Assembly (NCBI GenBank): GCA_963663385.2
Contig: CAXXXD010000004.1
Coordinates: 992,001-1,056,000, forward strand
Length of the DNA: 64,000 nt
Reading direction: 5' to 3'
From: Oceanispirochaeta sp.
Lineage (GTDB): Bacteria > Spirochaetota > Spirochaetia > DSM-2461
Position 1 is the stretch's first letter. Every line of letters begins with the position of its first letter. The notes beneath the pieces were generated by a model. The model saw only the letters and a list, made by a program, of their open reading frames with translations. It was not told the DNA's origin and did not search any database. Of this stretch, positions 39,719 to 48,074 are shown piece after piece. Made by a program: the position numbers and the translations under genes.

Positions 39719-40387
39719 ATGGAGGACTATATGGTAAAGGAACGAGTGATTGAGACTAATGAGGGGATTCAGGATGTCCTGACAGTCAGGGATTTTGATC
39801 AGTTTCAGCGGAAAATGAGAGATCGGGGCTGGATTGAAACAGACAGCATTCTTGATTCCGGAATAAACCGGGGACATGTTCTGGAAATCGGTTCCGGTCC
39901 GGGTTATCTGGGGCTGGAATGGCTGAGGAAAACAGAGGAGGCTAACCTGACGGCCCTCGAAATCAGCAGGGAAATGATACAGCAGAGCATCCGCAACAGG
40001 GGGGAGTATGGTCTTGATGCCCGCCTTGAATATGTGGAAGGAAATGCCCTTCGGATGCCCTTTGAGGAAAATTTCTTTGATGGAGCATTCAGTACCGGTT
40101 CTCTTCATGAGTGGGAGGATCCCATTCTGGTTTTCAATGAAATCCATAGGGTCCTCAAACCCGGTGCCCGGTTTTTTGTCGGCGATATGAGACGGGATTC
40201 CCATCCTGTCATTAACTGGATTATGAAGGCTTCCACAAAAGGACGGGCGATGAAGCAGGGGTTTTCCACCTCTCTGGACGCTTCTTATACAAAAGAGGAG
40301 ATAGAGATTATCCTTAATCAGTCCTCTTTTAAGGAGTTTCGGGTGGAGCCGAACCTGTTCGGGATGAATATTTCCGGAAAGAAGTAG
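39719..40387 (+). CDS. Class I SAM-dependent methyltransferase
   Basis: VLEIGSGPG, MPFEENFFD, HRVLKPG. Confidence 0.9.
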   Translation: MEDYMVKERVIETNEGIQDVLTVRDFDQFQRKMRDRGWIETDSILDSGINRGHVLEIGSGPGYLGLEWLRKTEEANLTALEISREMIQQSIRNRGEYGLDARLEYVEGNALRMPFEENFFDGAFSTGSLHEWEDPILVFNEIHRVLKPGARFFVGDMRRDSHPVINWIMKASTKGRAMKQGFSTSLDASYTKEEIEIILNQSSFKEFRVEPNLFGMNISGKK

Positions 40388-40453
40388 CCCTGTAAGGCAA
40401 TTAAGGTAATGAACGGAATGCGCTCCTGCCCGGAGAGTCATCCGTTCAGTTTT

Positions 40454-41047
40454 TCAGGCTGATCCTATGCCAGACATATATGACTCTATTTTTTTAAGTT
40501 TTTCCTGCTGCTTCCCCCTGTTCTGTTCCATTCCGCCAAACTCGAAAAAGCGGACATCCCTTATGCCAACAAAATTGAAAACAGCCTTTTTCATCAGGAT
40601 TTTATGGGCATTACGGAGCATAAGAGCGGGATACCCGGCAGGCCCTTTCATAGTGGATATGCATATAACCCTTTTATCTCCGAATAATCCCGCAGGCATT
40701 ATCCTGCCCGGTTCCTGTTTATAGGCAAAATCCGATGCAAACAGCTGATCGATATAACCCAGGAGCATGGCCGGGGGACGGCCCCACCAGATAGGATAGA
40801 TGAATATCAGCAGGTCCGCCCGGCTCAGCTGGGCTCTGTGTTTTTCAAAGGCCGGATCCCGGTGCATATCCCTTCTTTTTCTGGTTTCATCAAAGCGGAG
40901 CCTCGGGTCGAAATCCTCAGCATATAAATCCAGAACTTCCGTATGGCCGATTTCCGGATTTGCATCCAGTCCTTTCAGGGTTCTGTCTAAAAAGGCACCG
41001 TTCAGGCTGTTCCGCCTGGGATGGGAATAGACGACCAGTGTATTCAT
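40454..41047 (-). CDS. NAD(P)H-dependent (quinone) oxidoreductase, flavodoxin-2 fold
   Basis: VYSHPRRNSLN, DLY..DFDP, YPIWWGRPPAMLLGYID. Confidence 0.9.
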   Translation of the reverse strand: MNTLVVYSHPRRNSLNGAFLDRTLKGLDANPEIGHTEVLDLYAEDFDPRLRFDETRKRRDMHRDPAFEKHRAQLSRADLLIFIYPIWWGRPPAMLLGYIDQLFASDFAYKQEPGRIMPAGLFGDKRVICISTMKGPAGYPALMLRNAHKILMKKAVFNFVGIRDVRFFEFGGMEQNRGKQQEKLKKIESYMSGIGSA

Positions 41048-41069
41048 GCTATTTCTCCTGATTTAATTG

Positions 41070-41120
41070 TTATCATATGATAAATATAGGTATCAGGATT
41101 ATGGTTGTCAATAGATAATT
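41070..41120. promoter_or_regulatory. Candidate MarR operators
   Basis: Palindrome TTATCATATGATAA (41070-41083) and a similar TTGTCAATAGATAA nearby, between the divergent genes. Confidence 0.55.
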
Positions 41121-41167
41121 ATTAAAAGATAATTGTATTTGCATAAGTATTCCGTTAGAATAGTTTT

Positions 41168-41605
41168 ATGCATCAGGATCAGCTATTTCAGAAAATGCTC
41201 CATTTTGTTACAGCTCTCCATCAGATGGAGGATTCTCTCCTTTCATCCGGTAACGGATCTGATATAACTGATACGCAGACGAATCTTATGACCATCCTCT
41301 ACCTGTCCGGGCCGAAGAATCTCAGTTCTCTCAGCAGCTGTCTGCATATGAATCTGCCTAACTGCAGCCGGGAAGTCAGGAAACTGACTCAGAAAGGGTA
41401 TATCAGGAAAGAGAGTTCGGATCGGGACAGAAGGATTATCGAAATATCCCTCTCCTCCGAAGGACGTTCTTTTATGGATCTTACATTTACCGCTTTGAAA
41501 AGAGGTTTTTTTGAAAAAACCGGCAACTGGGATGCTGCCCGGCTGGAACGGGTCTATTCGGCTATTCAGGTTCTGGAGAAGGATCTGCTGCCCCCGGAAA
41601 TCTGA
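41168..41605 (+). CDS. MarR family transcriptional regulator
   Basis: SREVRKLTQKGYI...DRR...LSSEG. Confidence 0.9.
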   Translation: MHQDQLFQKMLHFVTALHQMEDSLLSSGNGSDITDTQTNLMTILYLSGPKNLSSLSSCLHMNLPNCSREVRKLTQKGYIRKESSDRDRRIIEISLSSEGRSFMDLTFTALKRGFFEKTGNWDAARLERVYSAIQVLEKDLLPPEI

Positions 41606-41731
41606 TTATGTAACCTATGTTACGATTTCATACATCTTGTACTCTATTATCGCTTTATGATTATCCGGTTTGTTGACAATGGAATGCTATATAAGTAATT
41701 TAGTACCTAAATACATTATATGGAGAGATGC

Positions 41732-42145
41732 ATGAGCAGTCTGTTGAATATATCCGAAGGAACCTCCCTGGCTTTTCACGCCCTGGCCCTGATAGCGGAA
41801 AAAGCACCGGAAAGGCAGAACGCCAAATCTCTGGCAGCCGATCTTCATGCTTCGGAAGCTCATCTGGCCAAGATTCTGCAGCGTCTGAACAAAGCGGGGA
41901 TTATATCTTCCGCAAGGGGGCCGTCGGGAGGGTTTATTTTGAATAAACCAGCTGAGGAGATCAGTTTCCTGGATGTATACGAAGTTCTGGAATCCTCTGT
42001 AACCTTTGAGGATTGTCCTCTGGGTAAGAATCAGTGTTCCTTCACCAGCTGTATTTTTGCCGGAAAATTATCAAAAATTATCCGGGATGCCTATCATGTC
42101 CTTGAGGATATAAAACTATCGGATTTTTCCGGTCAGGATAGGTAG
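41732..42145 (+). CDS. Rrf2 family regulator with three Cys (Fe-S type)
   Basis: HLAKILQRLNKAGII.SARGPSGGF; CPLGKNQCSFTSC. Confidence 0.9.
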   Translation: MSSLLNISEGTSLAFHALALIAEKAPERQNAKSLAADLHASEAHLAKILQRLNKAGIISSARGPSGGFILNKPAEEISFLDVYEVLESSVTFEDCPLGKNQCSFTSCIFAGKLSKIIRDAYHVLEDIKLSDFSGQDR

Positions 42146-42149
42146 AACA

Positions 42150-43379
42150 GTGTCCTATTTAAAATCGGAAGATACCCTGTTGAAAATTGTGGAAGAGTAC
42201 CCGGAAACAATCCCCGTATTTGTATCCAACGGTTTTTCACAGATGAATGATAAAGCAAAGCGGGAGAAGTTCGGAGGAACGATTACACTGGCAGGTGCTC
42301 TGCTGCTGAAGCAGCTTGATCTGGAAATTTTCATCGGCCTGCTGAATGAGGCCATTGATCAGAAAAAGGGAAAAGGGGCGGATGCCACCCTGGTTGAATC
42401 GGAAAGGCAGGATGAGGGGGAATCCCTTGAGGTGGTGGGACTTTTGCCCTGTCCCGTACGGCTTCCCCTGCTGGAGCAGTTTAACCTGTTTTATGATGAG
42501 TATAAGAAGAGTCATAACACTTATATCAACCATGAGTTGAAAGCGGCTTCCATGGGGCTTGAATGGGTTCAGGAGAATCTGGAAGGAGTTGAGGACTCTG
42601 GCAAACTGCCGGATCTGTTCCTTTCGGCCGGGTTTGATATGTTTTTTGATGAGAAAAAGATTGGAAAATTCAAAAAGCGGGGTGTGTTCAAAGATTCGAC
42701 CGCTCTGGACAGATTCAATGCCGAATTTGAAGAGATCGGCCTGAAAGACCCTGCCGGTCATTACAGTATGATCGGTGTGGTCCCCGCTGTTTTTCTAATC
42801 AATGAAGAGGAACTGGGTTGCCGGGAGATGCCTAAAACCTGGAAGGATATCCTTAAACCCGAATTTGAACGCCGGGTCTCCCTTCCTGTAGGAGACTTTG
42901 ACCTGTTTAACGGGATTCTCCTGAATATTCATAAACAGTATGGAGACGAAGGGGTGCGGAAACTGGGGCGCAGCCTGCTGGAATCCATGCACCCTTCGGA
43001 AATGGTAAAGAGCAACCGGAAGAAGGATGAAAAACCGATAGTTACCATAATGCCCTACTTTTTTACCAAAATGGTTCGGGAGGGTTCCGGGATGGCTGCC
43101 GTCTGGCCCGAAGAAGGAGCCATTATCAGCCCGATTTTTATGCTCTCCAGAAAGGACAAGCTGGAGAAACTGCAGCCTGTTATCGACTTTTTTGCTTCCA
43201 GAGGGGTAGGGGAGGTGCTTTCTCATGGCGGCCGTTTTCCGTCGGTTCACCCCGAAGTGGATAACGGAATCGGTGAGGGTCGAAAGTATATGTGGCTGGG
43301 CTGGGACTATATCTACTCCCATGATATTGCCTCCCTGATCGAACATTGTGAAAAGACCTTTCATGAGGAGACTGTATGA
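42150..43379 (+). CDS. DUF1858-like domain fused to a solute-binding-protein fold, no signal peptide
   Basis: IVEEYPETIPVFVSNGF N-terminal domain; LLPCPVRLP; PKTWKDILKP, WPEEGAIISP. Confidence 0.75.
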   Translation: MSYLKSEDTLLKIVEEYPETIPVFVSNGFSQMNDKAKREKFGGTITLAGALLLKQLDLEIFIGLLNEAIDQKKGKGADATLVESERQDEGESLEVVGLLPCPVRLPLLEQFNLFYDEYKKSHNTYINHELKAASMGLEWVQENLEGVEDSGKLPDLFLSAGFDMFFDEKKIGKFKKRGVFKDSTALDRFNAEFEEIGLKDPAGHYSMIGVVPAVFLINEEELGCREMPKTWKDILKPEFERRVSLPVGDFDLFNGILLNIHKQYGDEGVRKLGRSLLESMHPSEMVKSNRKKDEKPIVTIMPYFFTKMVREGSGMAAVWPEEGAIISPIFMLSRKDKLEKLQPVIDFFASRGVGEVLSHGGRFPSVHPEVDNGIGEGRKYMWLGWDYIYSHDIASLIEHCEKTFHEETV

Positions 43380-44089
43380 ATCTGATTACCGTATCCGGTC
43401 CTCCCTCGTCCGGGAAGACTTCGGTTATTCTGAAAACGATCGATGCCCTGCGTAAGCAGGGACTGATGGTCGGGGTTGCCAAATTTGACTGCCTCCATAC
43501 GGATGACGATACCCTCTATGAAAAAGCGGGTATTCCTGTAAGGAAGGGGCTTTCGGGCGCTTTGTGTCCGGATCACTACTTTGTGAGCAATGTGGAGGAG
43601 GTGACACAGTGGGGCATCCGGGAAGGATTTGATGTTCTGATCAGTGAATCCGCCGGTCTGTGCAATCGTTGTTCCCCCTACATCAGGGATATTAAGGCTG
43701 TCTGCGTGATCGATAATCTGAGCGGGATCAATACGCCGAAAAAGATAGGCCCCATGCTGAAGTCGGCGGATATTGTGGTCATCACCAAGGGGGATATTGT
43801 GTCCCAGGCGGAACGGGAAGTGTTTTCCAGCCGGGTGAATATGGTGAATCCCTCGGCTGTCATTATGCATATTAACGGTCTGACCGGACAGGGCAGTTAC
43901 GAACTGAGTACCCTTATGTTCAGCGAAGGGGATAATATCGACACTCTGGCGGGCAGAAAACTGCGCTTCTCCATGCCCTCCGCCCTCTGCTCGTACTGTC
44001 TGGGCGAAACCAGAATCGGTGAGAATTTCCAGATGGGGAATGTGAGGAAAATGAATCTTCAGGAAAAAACGGAAGGAGGTACCCGGTGA
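43376..44089 (+). CDS. HypB/UreG-like (G3E/SIMIBI) GTPase
   Basis: GPPSSGKT, CPDH, ESAGLCNRC, ITKGD, C-terminal CSYC. Confidence 0.85.
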   Translation: MNLITVSGPPSSGKTSVILKTIDALRKQGLMVGVAKFDCLHTDDDTLYEKAGIPVRKGLSGALCPDHYFVSNVEEVTQWGIREGFDVLISESAGLCNRCSPYIRDIKAVCVIDNLSGINTPKKIGPMLKSADIVVITKGDIVSQAEREVFSSRVNMVNPSAVIMHINGLTGQGSYELSTLMFSEGDNIDTLAGRKLRFSMPSALCSYCLGETRIGENFQMGNVRKMNLQEKTEGGTR

Positions 44090-45117
44090 TTGCACAGGAA
44101 AGGATCAAAGACCGCACGATAGGGGACCTTCTCGCAGATTATCCGTTTATTACAGCTTTTTTTGTCAATAATGCTATCAGGGTTGAAGGAAACGAAAAGA
44201 TGACCTTGCGGGGAATCCTTCAGAATATGGATGAGGAAGAGCGGGAGGACCGTGCCATCGATCCCGTCCTGATGGAACAGCAGCTGACGGAGTATATCGA
44301 TCAGATGCTGGACTTTCTGGATGAAAATGATGCGGTTCACTCCCTGACGATCCTGCCGGGAACGGATAAATCGGGGAATCCCGAAGGGTTTCGGGATCTG
44401 GTCATCCGGAAGAGTGAAGTTATTTCCATTGTCGGTCCCACCGGTTCCGGGAAGAGCCGCCTGCTGGGAGACATTGAATGGGTGGCCCAGAAAGACACGC
44501 CTACCTCCAGACAGATTTTGATAAACCATGAGGTCCCCGATACCTCCTGGCGGTTCTCTTCCTCCAAAAAGCTGGTAGCTCAGCTCTCTCAGAATATGAA
44601 CTTTGTTATGGACCTTTCGGTCCGGGAGTTCGTGGGACTTCATGCGGAGAGCCGTATGGTGGAAGACCGGGAGTCTGTTGTGGACCGGATTATTGAAGAA
44701 GCCAATAAGCTGGCGGGAGAAAAATTCGATCCCTATACACCGATTACAAGCCTGTCCGGAGGGCAGTCCAGGGCTCTGATGATTGCGGATACAGCCATTT
44801 TGAGTAAATCCCCCATTATTCTGATTGACGAGATTGAAAATGCGGGGATCGACAGAAAAAAGGCCCTGGCCCTGCTTCTGTCGGAAGAGAAAATTGTCTT
44901 GATGGCAACCCATGATCCGGTTCTGGCCCTGATGGGTGACCGGCGGATTGTTATCAAAAACGGCGGCATTGCCAGGGTGATAGAAACAACTGACAAGGAG
45001 AGGACCATTCTGGGAAAACTGGAAGAACTGGACCGGACCCTGCTCGGTTACAGGACCCGTCTGCGGATGGGGGAGAGTCTGACAGATAACAAGGAAGGCG
45101 GCCGGGAAAATGCATGA
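44086..45117 (+). CDS. ABC ATPase with an N-terminal DUF1858-like domain
   Basis: TIGDLLADYPF; GPTGSGKS, LSGGQ, ILIDE, ATHD. Confidence 0.85.
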   Translation: MIAQERIKDRTIGDLLADYPFITAFFVNNAIRVEGNEKMTLRGILQNMDEEEREDRAIDPVLMEQQLTEYIDQMLDFLDENDAVHSLTILPGTDKSGNPEGFRDLVIRKSEVISIVGPTGSGKSRLLGDIEWVAQKDTPTSRQILINHEVPDTSWRFSSSKKLVAQLSQNMNFVMDLSVREFVGLHAESRMVEDRESVVDRIIEEANKLAGEKFDPYTPITSLSGGQSRALMIADTAILSKSPIILIDEIENAGIDRKKALALLLSEEKIVLMATHDPVLALMGDRRIVIKNGGIARVIETTDKERTILGKLEELDRTLLGYRTRLRMGESLTDNKEGGRENA

Positions 45118-45352
45118 GGGATGTTCGGGAAGTTTTGAATCAGGAAAACAGGTAGTGGATAAGGTCAGGATAATGGGATTCTCCGGGCAGTTCATGCCTC
45201 TGCCCATGCAGGTCTCCTGCGGGAACTGTGAAGAAACCTTTCAAATGGAGAAGTTTGAGGAAAAGTGCCCCGGATGCGGCGCTGTTCATGCTGTTACGCC
45301 CTGCCATGCCTTCGATCCGGTCAATGTTATGTCGGCCGGTGTGGGATATTAA
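45110..45352 (+). CDS. Small Cys/His-rich zinc-ribbon protein
   Basis: MHEGC, CGNC, CPGC, PCH; overlaps the upstream gene end. Confidence 0.75.
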   Translation: MHEGCSGSFESGKQVVDKVRIMGFSGQFMPLPMQVSCGNCEETFQMEKFEEKCPGCGAVHAVTPCHAFDPVNVMSAGVGY

Positions 45353-45432
45353 CAGAATCTGCAACTGAAGTCTTCCGTAAGCTTGAGATCCGGGATTCTG
45401 ATAAGTTCAGTGAACTGTCTGGATTTAACAGA

Positions 45433-47241
45433 TCAGGATTTCCGTGTTTTGAAATAACTTACCGCTTTCTGCAGGGCTTCCGCTTTTGCGCTGAAGCCTT
45501 CGGCGGTTGCAGCCAGCTCCTCCGATGCTGCGGCATTCTGCTGAATGACATCATCCAGCTGATTCAGGGCGCTGCTTACCTGTTCGGCTCCTGTTCTCTG
45601 CTCGGTCGTTGCTGCCTGTATTTCAAAAGTAAGCTCTGCCGTTTTCTGAATTCCCGGGACCACCAGGTTCTTGAGAATCTCACCCGCTTTTTCGGCAACA
45701 TTCAGTGACTCATTCACTTCCGCAATGATTTCATTCGCGGCAGCCTGGCTATTCCCCGCCAGTTTTCTGACTTCGCTGGCAACTACGGAAAACCCTTTTC
45801 CGGCTTCACCGGCTCTTGCCGCTTCTATAGCGGCGTTCAGGGCCAGCAGATTGGTTTGCCGGGCTATTTCGTTGATAATCTGAATCCTTTCAGAGATATT
45901 TTTCATATGATCCAGGGTGTCATCCATTGCTTCTCCCCCTGAATCGGCATTTTCAGATACGGAGCGGGCCGTTTTTTCAGTCTGCACAGTATTATCCGCA
46001 TTGGAATGGATGGATGCGTTCATCTCCTCCATAGACGCTGCAACCTCCTGGGATGTGGCGGCCTGTCTCGCAGCCCCTTCCGAAAGGGTTGTACTGGTTG
46101 ATGTGATTTCATCGCTGCCGGTCTTTATATAATCGGATGTTTGCTGAATTTCGGTCATATTCTGACGGAGAATCTCGATCATATTATTGAGGGACCGGGA
46201 CAAATCCCCGATTTCATCCCCGCGATTCAGGATTTCTGGGTCAATCTCCACTGTTAAGTCGCCTTTTGAAATCTCGGCTGTCTTCTTGGCCGTCCGAATA
46301 ATGATACGGCTCAGATTCCGGGAAAAAAAGATGATGGCTGTCATCAATATAACAATACTGACCGATACAATCAGGAGGTTAATACCAAACGCATCCCTCA
46401 TGGCGGCGTTATATTCCGACAATCCTATGGATATTCCCATCTTCCAGCCGGGTGTTCCTTTGATGTTCGAGAGGAACACGACGGCCATACCTTCCAGATA
46501 ATCGGGGATAATACCCGAAACACTGCCGCTTTCCATGGTAGTAATCAGTTTGGACAGACCTGCCGATCCGGTCCGGTTTTCCATGGATTCTACCGATTCC
46601 ATATGAATTTTTTCATCCGGATGGGCAACAATGGAAGCTTCGCCGTCCAGAATAAAACCGTATCCGCTTTTGCCGATTTTTATCGCTTCGGCGATATCGG
46701 ACAAAGTCGTCAATTTGATTGTTGCAGCCAGTATCCCTTCGAATTCCCCATTGCTGTTCTCCACTTTTCTGGCAAGCACGAAAATGGGGATTCCCAGGGA
46801 TTTGGAAACTACCGGATTACTCAAGGCATCAGTAGTTTCGCCGTTTCTGATAGAAATGAAGTAATCCCTATCTCCCACAGTTCCTTCTGCTCCCAGACTC
46901 GAAATGTAATCCCCGTTCCTGTCTGCGAAAAACACCATGGCGAATTCCTCATTGAAGGAACTGCTCCTTTCTGCAAGGTAATCGCCGATCTGGGCCATAT
47001 CTCCGGATTTGATAATGTTCAGTTCAGAAAGCCCTCTTACCTCATTTCTCAATCCGTTTATCCAGCGATTGATTTCGTCAGCCCTTGCAAGAGTCAGTTG
47101 CGTATTCAGAGTCGTATTAATATTACCAATAGAATCCTGCATTATCAGCATCTGACTTGTGCTGAGAAGAATGAAAAGCAGCAGAGAGGTAAGTCCGAAA
47201 CTTACCAGCAATTTAACCATTAGAGACATTCTTTTTTTCAT
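45433..47241 (-). CDS. Methyl-accepting chemotaxis protein with a dCache sensor
   Basis: Two TM helices, [40 protein letters not shown]. Confidence 0.95.
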   Translation of the reverse strand: MKKRMSLMVKLLVSFGLTSLLLFILLSTSQMLIMQDSIGNINTTLNTQLTLARADEINRWINGLRNEVRGLSELNIIKSGDMAQIGDYLAERSSSFNEEFAMVFFADRNGDYISSLGAEGTVGDRDYFISIRNGETTDALSNPVVSKSLGIPIFVLARKVENSNGEFEGILAATIKLTTLSDIAEAIKIGKSGYGFILDGEASIVAHPDEKIHMESVESMENRTGSAGLSKLITTMESGSVSGIIPDYLEGMAVVFLSNIKGTPGWKMGISIGLSEYNAAMRDAFGINLLIVSVSIVILMTAIIFFSRNLSRIIIRTAKKTAEISKGDLTVEIDPEILNRGDEIGDLSRSLNNMIEILRQNMTEIQQTSDYIKTGSDEITSTSTTLSEGAARQAATSQEVAASMEEMNASIHSNADNTVQTEKTARSVSENADSGGEAMDDTLDHMKNISERIQIINEIARQTNLLALNAAIEAARAGEAGKGFSVVASEVRKLAGNSQAAANEIIAEVNESLNVAEKAGEILKNLVVPGIQKTAELTFEIQAATTEQRTGAEQVSSALNQLDDVIQQNAAASEELAATAEGFSAKAEALQKAVSYFKTRKS

Positions 47242-47457
47242 AAGAATCCTACCTCATTAATTAATTATATACATACTGGCATTTAATACCATATAAAAGA
47301 GATAGACCATTTTTATGAGGGTATTGAACAAATATTCTTTTTACCAAATTCCCGAAAAGCTGTCCTGCGGGGCCTGCACTGTCTGAAATGTTATTCCCCA
47401 CAGACGGATTATTGGTTATGATCTAACGTATCCTGATAGTATTGCAAGGAGGCCGGG

Positions 47458-48012
47458 ATGAGTTACTATCCGAAAATGCGTGGGGAGCAGTGTTACCTTT
47501 CCCCCATAAACCTGGATGATGCACCGATGTATACAGCCTGGCTGAATGATCTGGAGGTCACAAGAAACCTGACCCTGTCCGGTATGATGGTCAGTGAACA
47601 GGGGGAACGGGGCTTTCTGGAACAGCTCTCTAAAGAGCATAATTATGCCATCGTTACCAGAGACGGTGACAAGCTTATCGGCAACTGCGGTCTTCTGAAT
47701 ACAGACCAGAAAAACCGTTCCTGTGAGGTTGGCATCTTTATCGGAGACAAGGCATACTGGGGAAGGGGATTCGGAACGGAAGCTCTGGTTCTGCTCTGTG
47801 GGTACGCTTTTGATTATCTGAATATGCGGAATATCATGCTCAAGGTCTTCGGGTTCAATGCAAGAGCAGCCAGCTGCTATAAAAAGGTCGGGTTCCGGAT
47901 AATCGGACACCGACGGAACGCTCTGCAGGTGGAGGGTAAGGAGTATGATGAAATTTATATGGACCTTCTGGATGAGGAGTTCCGGAATCTGTATACTTCC
48001 TCCTCTGAATAA
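47458..48012 (+). CDS. RimJ/RimL-type GNAT acetyltransferase
   Basis: IGDKAYWGRGFGTEA, FNARA..CYKKVGF. Confidence 0.9.
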   Translation: MSYYPKMRGEQCYLSPINLDDAPMYTAWLNDLEVTRNLTLSGMMVSEQGERGFLEQLSKEHNYAIVTRDGDKLIGNCGLLNTDQKNRSCEVGIFIGDKAYWGRGFGTEALVLLCGYAFDYLNMRNIMLKVFGFNARAASCYKKVGFRIIGHRRNALQVEGKEYDEIYMDLLDEEFRNLYTSSSE

Positions 48013-48074
48013 TCCTGTTTAGTTTCATCCCGAAAGAATTTGCTCGCTCCCCCGGGAGTGAGTATATTTAATAT

